Shown piece after piece: positions 24,050 through 36,734 of a DNA stretch of 64,000 nt. A model generated the notes under the pieces. The model ran no database searches. It saw only the letters and a list, made by a program, of their open reading frames with translations, and was not told the origin of the DNA. Every line of letters begins with the position of its first letter. Within the stretch, counting starts at the first letter, position 1. The stretch covers positions 62,001 through 126,000 of the forward strand of contig JANJGN010000838.1 in the NCBI GenBank assembly GCA_026770705.1, given 5' to 3'. The position numbers and the translations under genes were made by a program. Origin of the DNA: Isurus oxyrinchus (lineage: Eukaryota).

Positions 24050-26005
24050 CTTACACTGTCTGTGTAATCTCCTGTCCCATCTCCAGCCTCTCTTTCACCT
24101 CCAAAGTCCTTGAATGTGTTTCCATCTCCCGAATCCGTTCCCATCTTTCCCGGAACTCCATGTTTGAATCCCTCCAATCAGGTTCCCACCCCAGCCACTG
24201 TGCTGAAACAGCTCTTATCAAGGTCACAAATGGCATCCTGTGTGACTGTGACAAAGGTCAACTTTCCCTCCTCGTCCTTCTCGATCTGTCTGCAGCCTTT
24301 GACACGCTCGACCACATCATCCTCCTCCAACACCTCTCCACTGTCGTCCAGCTGGGTGGGACTGCTCTCCCCTGGCTCCATTCTTATCCATCTCATCGTA
24401 GCCAGAGAATCACTTGCAATGGCTTTGCAGCATCATCTGAACAGTGTTAGTTTTCACCTGTCCACTGAGGATCCCCAGCTCTACCTCACCACCACCTCTC
24501 TCGACTCCTCCACTGCTGCTAAATTATCAGGCTGCTTATCCGACATCCAGTACTGGATGGGCAGAAATTCCCTCCAATTAAATATTGGGAAGACTGAAGC
24601 CATTGTCTTCATTCCCCGCTCCAAACTCTGTTCCCTCGCTACCAACTCCATTCCTCTCCCTGGCAGCTCTCTGAGATTGAAGCCAATCTGTTCACAGCTT
24701 TGTTGTCCCATTTGATCCTGAGATGAGCTTCCGGCCTCATATCTGCGCCCTCACTAACACCGTCTATTTCCACCTCCGTAACATCGCACAACATCACCCT
24801 GTCTCAGCTCATCTGCTGCTGAAACCCTCATCCACGCCTTCATTACCTCCAGACTCGACTGTTCCAACACACGCTCCATACTCCATAAACTTGAGGCCAT
24901 CCAAAACTGCTGACCAAGTCCTTACTCACACCAAGTCCCGTTCCCTTATCACCCGCTCTGCTCGATGACCGAGACTGGCTCCTGGTCAAGCAAAGTCTCA
25001 ATGTCCAAATTTTCATCTTTGTTTCCTCATTATCCCTGTAATCTCCTCTTCCACCTCCAGCCCCTACAACCCACCCTATCTCTGTAACCTCCTCCAGCCC
25101 CTACAACACTCCCAATCTCTGTAAATTATTTCAGTCCCTATAACCACCCCTCCCTCATAAACCTCTTCCAGCTCCAACAACGGTCCATTTCTCTGTAACC
25201 TTCTCCAACCGGTGCAACAACCCCTATCTCTGTAACGTCCTCCAGTCTCTACAGCACTCTCTATCTCTGTAACCTCCTCCAGTCCCTATAAAACTCCCAA
25301 TCTCTATAACCCCATCCTGTACCTACAAACCCCCTATCTCCATAACATTTCCCATTCCCATCCACCCTCCCTATCTCTGTCACCATCTTTATCCCCTAAA
25401 GCCTCCCTTTCACTGTAGATTTCTCCAGTCCCTCCAAACCCCCTGTCTCTGTAACCTACTCATGCCCCTAATGCCTCCCTTACCCTGTAACATCCACCAG
25501 TCCCTACACCCACCCCCCTTTCACTGTAACTCCTCCAGCCCCTACAACCCTCCCTATCTCTGTAACCTCCTGCATACTCTACAACCCTCCCTAGCTCTGT
25601 GAACTCCTACAGCCTCTCCAAATTTTCCTAATTTGTAGCCTCTCTACAGCCTCTGTACAAACTACAGCACCTACAACCCCCCCGGGATCACTGCGCTCCT
25701 CCAATTCCAAACTCTTGACCATCACCGGATGCTATCGCTCCAAAATTGGCGGCCATGCCTTCAGCTGCCTGGGACCATAAGCTCTGGAATTCCCACCCGA
25801 AACCTCTCCAACTCTCTCTCTCTCTCTCTGTCTCTGTCTCTTTTTCTCTTTCTCTCTGTCTCTCCAAAACACCGACCTCTTCTGGCCAGCTGTTGCTAAT
25901 ATCTCCACATGTGTCTGGGTGACATACTTTGTTTTATGACACTCTTGTGTAGCACCTTGGGGTGATTTGTCATATTAAAGTTGTTGTGTAAATATAAGTT
26001 GTTGC
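24050..26005 (+). mobile_element. L2-type LINE RT fragment followed by ~36-bp tandem tail repeats (25030-25680) and 3' end
   Basis: SKVLECV; FESLQSG; ETALIKVTN; LLVLLDLSAAFDT; LQLNIGKTEAI. Confidence 0.8.
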
Positions 26006-26549
26006 CCTTTGACCCGTGACCCCAGCTCGAGTCTTATTTTTGAGGGAATGTACAACCTCCTTAGATTTCTGACCAAAATGTCATTTGAATATTTTTACTG
26101 AGCGAATGCCAAGCCCCGATACCGAGCGAGAGCCTCCTCATTTGCGCAGTTTAAGGTGATGAGTCAGGCCCTTAGTCCGTAGAAGGGATTCTCCTCGGTA
26201 ATGTGCAGCCTTGTTTGTGTCTCTCCACAAGCGCATGAGGGGTTTGTACAGAGGCTGCAGCGCTGGAGGGGGTCTGCACAGGGGTCCTGGCCTGTCCTGA
26301 GCCGGTTTTAGCAAGGACCACTCTGGCCTTGGCAGCTGAAAGCCAGCCATTGGACAGACGGGGCCTGTCACAAGGAGCCTGTTAGTCACTCCCCCCCCCC
26401 CGTGTCTCCTGTGCTCGGATCCAGACCATGTTGGCTGGTGGATCTGGCTCAGGAAGGGTCCTCCCCATGGGACCCCCAGATGGAAGGTGGGTCGAGCGGG
26501 TCAGTCACCTGCATGTTTATTCTGCAGCTTTAATATTTTAAGAAGGTAA

Positions 26550-27330
26550 GAATGTAGGAACATAAGAAATAGGGACAGGAGCAGGCCATTCAGCCCCTCG
26601 AGCCTGCTCTCACTGATCTGGTTGTGGCCTTAACTCCATTTTCCTGCCTGTCCCCCAAACCCTTGACTCCCTTGTCGATCAAAAACCTGCCTCACTCAGC
26701 CTTGAGTCTGTTCAATGGCCCAGCCTCCACTGCTCTCTGGGGAAGAGAATTCCACAGGCTAGCGCCCCTCTGAGAGAGGAAATTCCTCCTCATCTCAGTC
26801 TTAAATGGGGGAGCCCTCATTCCGAAACTGTGCTCCCTGGTTCTAGATTCCCCCACGAGGGGGAAACATCCTCCCAGCATCCACCCTGTCAAGCCCCCTC
26901 GGAATCGGATATGTTTCAATAAGGTCACCCCTCATTCTTCTAAACTCCAATGGATACAGGCCCAACCTGCTCACCATTTCCTCACAGGACAAACCCTTTA
27001 ATCCCAGGAATCAGCCCAGTGCACCTCCTCTGAACTGCCTCCAATGCAAGTCTATCCCTCCCTAAGTAAGGAGACCAGAACTGTACACACCGCTCCTGAT
27101 ACAATCGCACCCTATACAGTTGTGGCAAGACTTCCCTCCTTTTATACTCCATCCCTTTGCAATAAAGGCCAACATTCCACTTGCCTTCCTCATTCCGTGG
27201 TGTTCCTGAATGCTGACTTTCTGTGATTCATGTACCAGGACACCCAGATCCCTCTGTACTGCATTCTGCAGCCTCTCTCCATTTAAATAATATCCTGTTT
27301 TTCTATTCTTCCTGACAATATAATTTGTTG
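26550..27330 (-). mobile_element. CR1-type LINE 3' fragment
   Basis: Minus ORFs QRDLGVLVHESQK and EMRRNFLSQR..SLWNSLPQRAVEA. Confidence 0.8.
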
Positions 27331-27441
27331 CATTCCTCCTCATTATTGACCATCCCCCCAATTCAGCCTCATCTGTAAATATCGGGTTCAGTGGATCCAC
27401 AAAACATCCAGAGATAAATATTGAGATTTCTCTCTCCCCAG

Positions 27442-27807
27442 CTGAACCCTCACAAGAGTGGAAAGGTGACACTCCACGAGAGGTGACAGTGCAGGAAGGT
27501 TCGTGTGTACAGATTCCGTGTCATTACAGTTATCCATCGTGTCTGGAAAACCAACCGCGAGGTGGACTCTGGTTTAATAATGAGGAACGGGAAACATCGT
27601 CTATAGCCTTTCACTCCAAGGATCACAGTCACGAGTTACCACGGTTCCACCATCGGACCCGACTGTCTGGAGACCTGAAAGATGGCGACTGTTCTCTGAT
27701 TATAAACAACATCACACGGGAAGATGCAGGAACTTATTATTTCAGAATAGAATTTGACAGCAGGAGCAGTCACAGCTACTATCCTGTAACCCAGCTTCAC
27801 GTTTCTG
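27442..27807 (+). CDS. Gene C, Siglec V-set exon 2 (intact; Arg present; extra Cys in BC loop)
   Basis: ctccccag|CT...TCT G|gtaagt, 366 nt; (A)EPSQEW..GSCVQIPCHYSYPSC..DCSL..YYFRIE. Confidence 0.92.
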
Positions 27808-28178
27808 GTAAGTGCTGTGTTATAATTACTCAACAAATCACATTCAACACTCAATGGGAAATAACACAAACTGTGACGTTTACATATTAACACAAAACAC
27901 AGCTTATTATAACACACTGTCTGATTGTCAATAACCTGGTGATAGCTTCCAGTTCAGTCCTAAAGCAACCTCTAATACTCACTTTAATATCAATGATTAA
28001 ATGTATTCCACTTCCATTGATCACTCTAATTGTGTCTAACAGTCTATCAGGATCGTTGAAACATCTCAGTTCTGATATCATCCTTGTAAAAGTGCTTTCT
28101 CTTGTGGGTCTGTGGTTTCTATTTGAGCTGACGCTTCATGTTATATTTCTCTAAAAGGATCCATTCCCTGTCTGTTAG

Positions 28179-28475
28179 ATTTCACAGATAAACCCACGAT
28201 TTTCCCTGCTGAAATTATTGCAGGAAAGCGTGTGGATGTAAGCTGCACCTTCAACACAACGTGCAATGGAACAGCAGCACCTGTCTTAACCTGGGACATT
28301 CCCACTGACGTACCTGGATCAGTCTCAAACACTGTAACTCAGCATGGTGTCACTCTGACCTATACTTCTGTTCTGACCCTGATCCCATCACTCAAGCACC
28401 ACGGACACACTCTCAGCTGCAGAGTGAGATATCCATCTGTTTCATCGGAGCGGACCCTCGTACTAACTGTGCAAG
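28179..28475 (+). CDS. Gene C, Siglec domain-2-type C2 exon
   Basis: ctgttag|AT...CAA G|gtaagt, 297 nt; DFTDKPTI..SCTFNTTC..LTW..HHGHTLSCRV. Confidence 0.9.
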
Positions 28476-28653
28476 GTAAGTACAGACATCCTTTATTCTA
28501 CATTGGCCATTATAGTCCACATGGTACACAGTAAAAACCCATAAAATACAGTTTGTTTAACAACAGATCATCTGCTTTTATTGATAAAAATTCACCTCTG
28601 ACATTGCAGAGCTCCCTTCCTACTGACCCCCCGACAGCGCAGCTGTCACTCAG

Positions 28654-28656
<3 letters not shown>

Positions 28657-28723
<67 letters not shown>

Positions 28724-29900
28724 CACAAACACACACACAGACATACGCACACACATACACAGATGCACACACACAGACAGAGATACACATAGATGCACAC
28801 ACAGAGACACATAGACACCGATNNNNNNNNNNNNNNNNNNNNNNNNNNNNNNNNNNNNNNNNNNNNNNNNNNNNNNNNNNNNNNNNNNNNNNNNNNNNNN
28901 NNNNNNNNNNNNNNNNNNNNNNNNNNNNNNNNNNNNNNNNNNNNNNNNNNNNNNNNNNNNNNNNNNNNNNNNNNNNNNNNNNNNNNNNNNNNNNNNNNNN
29001 NNNNNNNNNNNNNNNNNNNNNNNNNNNNNNNNNNNNNNNNNNNNNNNNNNNNNNNNNNNNNNNNNNNNNNNNNNNNNNNNNNNNACTAACACAGACACAC
29101 ACATGCACACACACATACAGACACACACACACAGACATACGCACACACACAGACACACACACATAGACACACACAAACATCCACATCGACAAACACAAAC
29201 ACACACACACACAGACATATGCACACACACACACACAGATGCACTCACACAGACAGAGACACACATAGTTGCACACACAGAGACANNNNNNNNNNNNNNN
29301 NNNNNNNNNNNNNNNNNNNNNNNNNNNNNNNNNNNNNNNNNNNNNNNNNNNNNNNNNNNNNNNNNNNNNNNNNNNNNNNNNNNNNNNNNNNNNNNNNNNN
29401 NNNNNNNNNNNNNNNNNNNNNNNNNNNNNNNNNNNNNNNNNNNNNNNNNNNNNNNNNNNNNNNNNNNNNNNNNNNNNNNNNNNNNNNNNNNNNNNNNNNN
29501 NNNNNNNNNNNNNNNNNNNNNNNNNNNNNNNNNNNNNNNNNNNNNNNNNNNNNNNNNNNNNNNNNNNNNNNNNNNNNNNNNNNNNNNNNNNNNNNNNNNN
29601 NNNNNNNNNNNNNNNNNNNNNNNNNNNNNNNNNNNNNNNNNNNNNNNNNNNNNNNNNNNNNNNNNNNNNNNNNNNNNNNNNNNNNNNNNNNNNNNNNNNN
29701 NCGCAGACACACACACACACATACAGACACACACACACAGACATACGCACACACACAGACACACACACACATCCACATCGACTAACACAGACACACACAC
29801 AGGAATACGCACACACACAGACACACACACACAGAGACACACAAACATCCACATACACAAACACAGACACATACACACACACACAGACATACGCACGCAC
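28657..29900 (+). repeat. (CA)n-rich microsatellite containing two assembly gaps (N at 28823-29084 and 29286-29701)
   Basis: Direct reading. Confidence 0.95.
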
Positions 29901-30979
29901 AGTTCCTGATCTCTCAGTTCCGCACTGGATCACTCTGGATCACTGTCCTGGTTTTTGGGCTGTGTTGAAACATTCAGTTTGGACTCTCTTTAAAACCGAT
30001 CTCTTTGACAAAGCTTTTGGTGAAACAAACATACGAACACAGGAATGAGGAGCAGCAGGAGGCCACTCAGCCCCTCGAGCCTGTTCCACCTTTCCATAAG
30101 GTCATGGATGATCTGATTGTAACCTCAACCCCACATTCCCTGCTCACCCTTGATGACCTTTCACCCCTTTGTGAATCAAGAACCTATCAAGCTTCACCTT
30201 ATTCTCCCTGTCAAAATGGACAATTTCATCTTTTCCCACGTTATACACTATTTGCCAGATTTTGCCCATTCACTTAAAAACTCTGTGTCACTTTGTAGGC
30301 TCCTTATGTCCCCTTCACAAGGTCATCTGTCCCTAACATCACCTCATGTGACTCAGGGTCTAGACAGGTTTTAGTCAACAGTGAACAGGCAGAAATTGGA
30401 GTTTGATTAATAACCAAATATTTCATTGATAAAATTATCAATAATTGTTACATTGAAAAGGGTGACCTGTATTTATTGAATGATCAGATTGTCCCAAAAC
30501 ACTTTACAGTCAATGAGATATATTTGAAGCAATGTCATGTTGTAATGTAGGAAATACGGCACCAAAATGTGTACAGCAAGATCCCACACAAGGTGACAGT
30601 GATCTGATAATGGATTATTTTAGTGAGGTTGGTTGATACGTATATAGAGATCACATGTATAGGGTGGGTCACTAATGTCCATTTAGTGAGGAAAACCTGT
30701 CCATTTTAACAGGTCTGGGTGTATAAGTGACTCCAGTCTGTAACACCAACATGGTTAACTCTTACCTGCCCTCTGAACTGGTCTCCCAGTTTGGGACAAA
30801 CCAGTGGTTCAGGAGGAAGACCCCCCACCACCTTCTCAAGGGGAAACTAGGGATGGACAATAAATGTCAGCATTGCCCGAGAATGAGTATTTAAACACTG
30901 AGTGAGTGTATCGCTTCTCGAGATACATCGGAGCATCATTGTAAACCTGTAGTGCAGTAATTAATGGCTGTTTTTACAG

Positions 30980-31076
30980 GTAGAGACTCCAGTAAATGGA
31001 CAGTAGGATTGTTCACGGCTGGGATCATGTTGAGTGTTTTCCTGGCTGGAATCTTCATCTTCATCTGTGTGAGAAA
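30980..31076 (+). CDS. Gene C transmembrane exon (uncharged)
   Basis: tttttacag|GT...AGA AA|gtaagt, 97 nt; RDSSKWTVGLFTAGIMLSVFLAGIFIFICVRK. Confidence 0.88.
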
Positions 31077-31599
31077 GTAAGTCTGAAGATTTAACTTGAT
31101 TTTAATATAAACATTTGCTTCAATGCTCTTTCCTTAAGTCGGTAATTGTTTCCCTTGGGATCAGCACCAGGTCCCTCTCTGTAAGTGATCCCTGTGTCCA
31201 CTATGATCCGGAGAGAACCTTTCATTGTCCTGTATCCAGGTAAATGATCACGAGACCCAGAGATTCCTCACTCTGCACGATTACTCCTGGATTGTATCAG
31301 GTCACCTTGTGATTCCACACAAGCGGAGTGACCACACCCCGAAGATTGGTTCATTCACCGGGAACGGCTTTGCAATGTTCCAGGGACTTGAATAAGTAAC
31401 TGTACATTCCCACGTTGTATCTGCCTCTCTCTGATTTAGATTCACAGGGATGATATCAGAACTGAGAGGTTATAACCATCACAAGGATTGAACAGTCTGG
31501 GTAGTGGGACTAATTGGACAGTTCTTACAAAGGGCCAGCACAGGCACGATGGGCTGAGTGGCTTCTTCCTAAGCTGCGAGATTTTAAATCCCTACATCG

Positions 31600-32050
31600 A
31601 ATGTGGCTGTCACTGGTGAGGCCGCTATTAATTGCCCATCTCTAATTGCCCCTTGAGAAGGTGGGGGTGAGCTGCCTTCTTGACCCGCTGCAGTCCATGT
31701 GGTGTAGGTACACCCACAGTGCTGTTAGAGAGGGAGTTCCAGGATTTTGACCCAGCGACAGTGAAGGAACGGTGATATATTTCCAAGTCAGGATGGTGAG
31801 TGACTTGGAGGGGAACTTCCAGGTGGTGGTGTTCCCATGTGTCTGCTGCCCTTGTCCTTCTAGATGGTAGAGGTCGTGGGTTTGGAAGGTGCTGTTGAAG
31901 GAGCCTTGCTGAGTTGCTGCAGTGCATCTTGTAGATGGTACACACACTGCTGCCACTGTGTGTTCATGGTGGAGGGAGTGAATGTTTAATGTGGGGGATG
32001 GGGTGTCGATCAATCGGGCTGCTTTGTTCTGGATGGTGTCGAGCTTCTTA
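31600..32050 (-). mobile_element. LINE 3' fragment
   Basis: Same family as 2415-3450 (SLHH..TVAAVC; SFTVAGSKSWNSL). Confidence 0.7.
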
Positions 32051-32183
32051 ATTCTGTGCTTTGTGCAGAAGTGATTTAAAGAGACAGTCCAGTCGTTGGT
32101 GTAAGTTTACAGTGGGCTCTGTGTCTGTGCTGCACTGACTCTCTGCTATATGATAACCACAGTGTGATATTGTGTTATTGCAG

Positions 32184-32265
32184 GAGAAAGACAGCGACGC
32201 AGGAGAGAGTTTCAGGGACCAGTGACATTGCATTGACCCCCAGTCCACTCTCTGTGAAACACCAG
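32184..32265 (+). CDS. Gene C first cytoplasmic exon
   Basis: ttattgcag|G...CAG|gtacag, 82 nt, phase 2-0; RKTATQERVSGTSDIALTPSPLSVKHQ; bridges the phases of the TM and terminal exons. Confidence 0.72.
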
Positions 32266-32400
32266 GTACAGGAACTGTTTACACTCACTCCAAAGCTTCA
32301 ATCTCAGTGTGTAGACAACACGTGTCCCAGATTCCCTGCCCAGTTACCCACTGATTTGTACCTGTGGAGTCAGCAATGGTTCAGTATCATGCTGTCTCTC

Positions 32401-33155
32401 TGTTATGACACAGCAACTGGTAAAGGCTGTTGTTTAAAATCCCAGAGGGAAACTTTAAACAACTGTCATAACCTATATTTCCCAGTGGAATGTTTGAGAT
32501 GCAGCTCTAAATTCAGGAATAAGACCACCAGTTCTCGAGATGGGTTTATATCAAACTACATGAGACATTTATTAATTTACACAAGTTAAGCATATGCACA
32601 TGGCTACAAGCTAGTACTATCATAACTTTAACAAATTCCCAAACAAATCTCCTCTAAGATAACCCACAGAATTTAAGCAGATTCCAGCAAAGCATTTTCA
32701 CCTCACAAATTCCAAATGAGGTTCCTTTCACTTTGGTTCCTTTGCAGACAGGTGTAGGCTTACAGCTGCTTTGATGTTACAAGCCTCTGCTCTGCACACA
32801 CAAAACTGCTCAAGTTATACCCAGTGCTTCTCTTTGAATGTAAATTCTCATTGTATCATCAGGACCTTTGAACTCCATTTCTTTTAACAATAAATCCCCT
32901 TTCATTGTCTCAATTTTATTAGTAATATAAATGTTGATTGGTTTAACATTTCGCCCCCAGACATTGAATGCTCTATTTAAAAATGCAAATTACCACTTTA
33001 CCTCTTTGTTTACATCTCAAAACTACTATACATCAAAGCACCCAGACTGGCTGGCTTTAATCCAATTAAAATACACACACACACACCCACAGACTGAACT
33101 TCTGTCTAAATAGACAATTTCCAATTACATTACATACATTAGTAGATTCATAACA
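32401..33155 (-). mobile_element. Solo-LTR-like element
   Basis: 8-bp inverted ends tgttatga...tcataaca, near-TSD ctctc/ctctg; related copy at ~38410-39240. Confidence 0.65.
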
Positions 33156-33283
33156 CTCTGTCTCTGTCCCTTCATCTCTATCTCTCTCTCTAATCCTCTC
33201 TCTGATTACAAGGTTCATATTATTGAGCCTCACACCAGGCACCTGTGTGCAGAATCCAAGCCGTCACTCGCCAGAGCCATTAC

Positions 33284-33925
33284 CGAGGGAGTGCGGGACT
33301 GACAGAGGGTCAGTACTGAGGGAGTGCTGCACTGCCGGAGTGTCAGTACTGAGGGAGTACTGCACTGCCGGAGGGTCAGTACTGAGGGAGTGCTGCACTG
33401 TCGGAGGGTCAGTACTGAGGGAGTGCTGCACTGCCGGAGGGTCAGTACTGAGGGAGCGCTGCACTGTCGGAGGGTCAGTACTGAGGAAGTGCTGCACAGT
33501 CGGAGGGTCAGTACTGAGGGAGTGCTGCACTGTCGGAGGGTCAGTACTGAGGGAGTGCTGCACTGTCGGAGGGTCAGTACTGAGGGAGCACTGCACTGTC
33601 GGAGGGTCAGTACTGAGGGAGTGCTGCACTGTCGGAGGGTCAGTACTGAGGGAGTGCTGCACTGCCGGAGAGTCAGTACTGAGGGAGCGCTGCACTGTCG
33701 GAGGGTCAGTACTGAGGAAGTGCTGCACAGTCGGAGGGTCAGTACTGAGGGAGTGCTGCACTGTCGGAGGGTCAGTACTGAGGGAGTGCTGCACAGTCGG
33801 AGGGTCAGTACTGAGGGAGCACTGCACTGTCGGAGGGTCAGTACTGAGGGAGCACTGCGCTGTCGGAGGGTCAGTACTGAGGGAGTGCTGCACTGTCGGA
33901 GGGTCAGTACTGAGAGAGCACTGCA
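33284..33925 (-). repeat. 33-bp minisatellite, reverse orientation, ~19 units
   Basis: Direct reading. Confidence 0.92.
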
Positions 33926-34074
33926 CATGCCTTAGGTGGTTTCTTTCATAAGACATGGGAAGGAGGATTAAACCCACTGAGCCACGACTGACACTAACGA
34001 GGCTGCAGAATAATTTAACCCTATCAGTGCCAGTAAATGATGTGAGGATGTCTTCTGTTTCCATTTCTCTGTAG

Positions 34075-34323
34075 GGTAAACAGAACGTGCTGATTACTGA
34101 GCCCCGGAACACAACCAGAGACACAACTAGTGAGGGAGAGACCTCAGCTCCCCGGGGTCTCTCTGAAGGTCCAGTGGGAGGCGATGCTGGACATGGAATC
34201 CCTGACAATCCTGACAACCTTCTCTACGCCAATCCCCAAGTCTTCAGGGTGTCCAGTGGTGATGCGTCTGTCCACAGGGAAGAGGAGACGGAATACGCAC
34301 AGATCAGATTCAAGCGAAACTGA
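34075..34323 (+). CDS. Gene C terminal exon with ITIM-like LLYANP and ITSM-type TEYAQI
   Basis: ctctgtag|GGT, phase 0; GKQNVLITEP...NLLYANPQVF...EEETEYAQIRFKRN*. Confidence 0.88.
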   Translation, partial: GKQNVLITEPRNTTRDTTSEGETSAPRGLSEGPVGGDAGHGIPDNPDNLLYANPQVFRVSSGDASVHREEETEYAQIRFKRN

Positions 34324-34519
34324 GTGTGAAACGGGGAGAGGGGGTGAGGAGGTTTGTGGATGGTGGCAGGGATTATGATTCCTTGGAACATGAGACAACC
34401 CACTGGGGGAGAGGGGGAGAGAGGGAGGAAGGGACTGAATGGGTCTGTGGTTGGTGAGGTTTGGAATGAAATGTTTCCCCAGTAATGACTTGATGCTGAG
34501 TCATTGGGGACAGAGATTC

Positions 34520-34730
34520 AGTGTCTCTCTCTCTCTCTCTCACTCTGTCTCTCTATCTCTCTCTCCTTCTCTGTTTCTCTCTGTCTCTCTATCTCTCTCC
34601 CTCTGCTTCTCTGTCTATCTCTCTCTCTCTGTCTCTCTATCTCTCTCGTCTTCTCTGTCTGTCTCTCTCTGCCTCTCCCAGTCTGTCTCACTATCTCTCC
34701 TTCTCTGTCTATCGCTCTCTCTCTCTCCTC
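34520..34730 (+). repeat. (TC)-rich low-complexity tract in the putative 3' UTR
   Basis: Direct reading. Confidence 0.85.
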
Positions 34731-35989
34731 ATTTAACATGGTCCTTATTAACTGGCTTTGTTAACTCAGCTTTTTGTCACCTGTCCCTAATATCTCATTA
34801 CGTGTCTCAGAGATGGATTTATATGTGGTTAACAATCCACTGAAGAGTTTTGGGACAGTTTGCTACATTAAAGGTGCTATGTTAATGCAAGTTATTGTAG
34901 TATCTTGGACCTGCCTCGATTCAGAATGGAACCAAGGAGGCTCCTTCGACAGGGCGTGTGTGCAACAGGCTCGCAATAAATGCATTGCACGGCAACAACT
35001 AAGCATGTCCCTTGATGCTGATGCATCCCAGTCCTGCTGTGTGGACACATCACAACCGAGGGACTGCCTGACTGCGTGCAGCCAACATGGCCGAATAGTA
35101 ATTAGCAGAAATGTGACGTCACTGAACTTTGTTAACATTTCAGAATGTGCTTTCTGAATTCTGCAACTTGTTTATTCTGTGATAGATTACAAGAAGCTTT
35201 TGCATTTTCTATAATATTACATTTATTGTCACAAGGGATTGAAATGCCCAGACAACTCTGTACAGATATATTTTTATTAAACATCTTACTCTAGGACAAC
35301 CTTCCTGCTCCAATCTGTTAATTCATATCATTGCATTTCCCCACCAAATTATGTAAATTCCTGTGTCCACATTTATCATGAAAATTTCCCATGTAAACAT
35401 GTCACACTGTACTTACACTCTCCTGCCAGTGGTGGTGCTGTAAACACACCAAATTCTTTCTCAGAGACTGCAGGATATCTCCCAGTTGTCTTTACAATAT
35501 TATTAAAATACAGGGAATGGGTACAATCTTCACACTGTGTTTACGACGTTGTAAAGACAGAGAGCTCGTGAAACCTCCCCCCCCTCCACAGTGTTGTGGG
35601 CAGGGTCAGTTCTGGCTGTGAGACCCCCACACTCATCCCACGCCCCCTGTTCATTTCTCCATCCCTGCTCTAACTTAGCGCTTTTACACATGAAGTGCGG
35701 GGCCCACAGGAAAGTGTGGAAGGGCTGCCCATCGCAGCTGGAACAAGGATCCTGGCGGGTCTCCCAGGATAGAATGGCGGAGTGGGGGAGGGGAAGCAGT
35801 GGGGTCAATATCCATACTCTCCACAACACCCCCATCACTGTCACTACCAAGAGGGAACATCAGTCTCAAGACAAAGGCCAGAGTGTGACCAACTGAGACT
35901 GAAACCAGCATCAACCAGTGTCCCAGCAAATAAGGTCAGAGTAGGGGAGATGGGGAAAAGACAGAAAGGTTCTTAAACTGAATGCACGC

Positions 35990-36730
35990 AAGCGAGAATC
36001 TAACCATCTCCCCTTGACATTAAATGGCAGCACCATCATTGGATCCCCCATGGTTAACAGCCTGGGGGTTACCATTGACGAGAATCTGAACTGGGTCAGC
36101 CACATAAACATTGTGGCTACAAGAGCAGCTCAGAGGCTGGGAATCTTGCGGTGAGTAACTCACCTCCTGACTCCTCAAATCCTGTCCATCATCGACATAG
36201 CACAAGGCAGGAGTGTGAATGGAATACTCTCCACTTGCCTGGATGAGTGCAGCTCCAACAACACTCAAGAAGCTCGACACCACCCTGGACAAAGCAGCCC
36301 CGCTTGATTGGCTGTCCCTCAACCACAGCAACACTCACTCCCTCCATCGTCAATGCACAGTGGCAGCAGTGTGTCCCATCTACAACCTGACCTTCAGCAA
36401 CTCAGCAAGGTTCCTTCAACAGCACCTTCCAAACCCACGATCTCTACCATTGAGAAGGACAAGGGCAGCAGGCATAGGGGAACACCACCACCTGGAAGTT
36501 CACCTCCAAGCCACACATCATCCTGATTTTGAAATATATCGCCATTGCTTCACTGCCACTAGGGTCAAAATCTTGGACTTCCTTCTCTAACTGCATTGTG
36601 GGTGTACCTACACCACATGGAGTGTAGAGGTTCAGGAAGGCAGCTCACCACCACCTTCTCAAGGTAATTAGGGATGGGCCATAAATGCTGGCCTAGCCAG
36701 TGATGCCCACTTCCCATGGACGAATGAATA
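35990..36730 (+). mobile_element. LINE ORF2 C-terminal/3' fragment
   Basis: MEYSPLAWMSAAPTTLKKLDT. Confidence 0.78.
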
Positions 36731-36734
36731 TATA

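Noticed and set aside
28646-30048. ORFs spanning the CA repeat and N runs
   Set aside because: Low complexity plus assembly gaps; the gaps could hide sequence but nothing can be read there
33223-34074. 200-317 aa ORFs, and similar ones at 109-549, 46565-47406 and 61013-61871
   Set aside because: Translations of the 33-bp minisatellite on both strands
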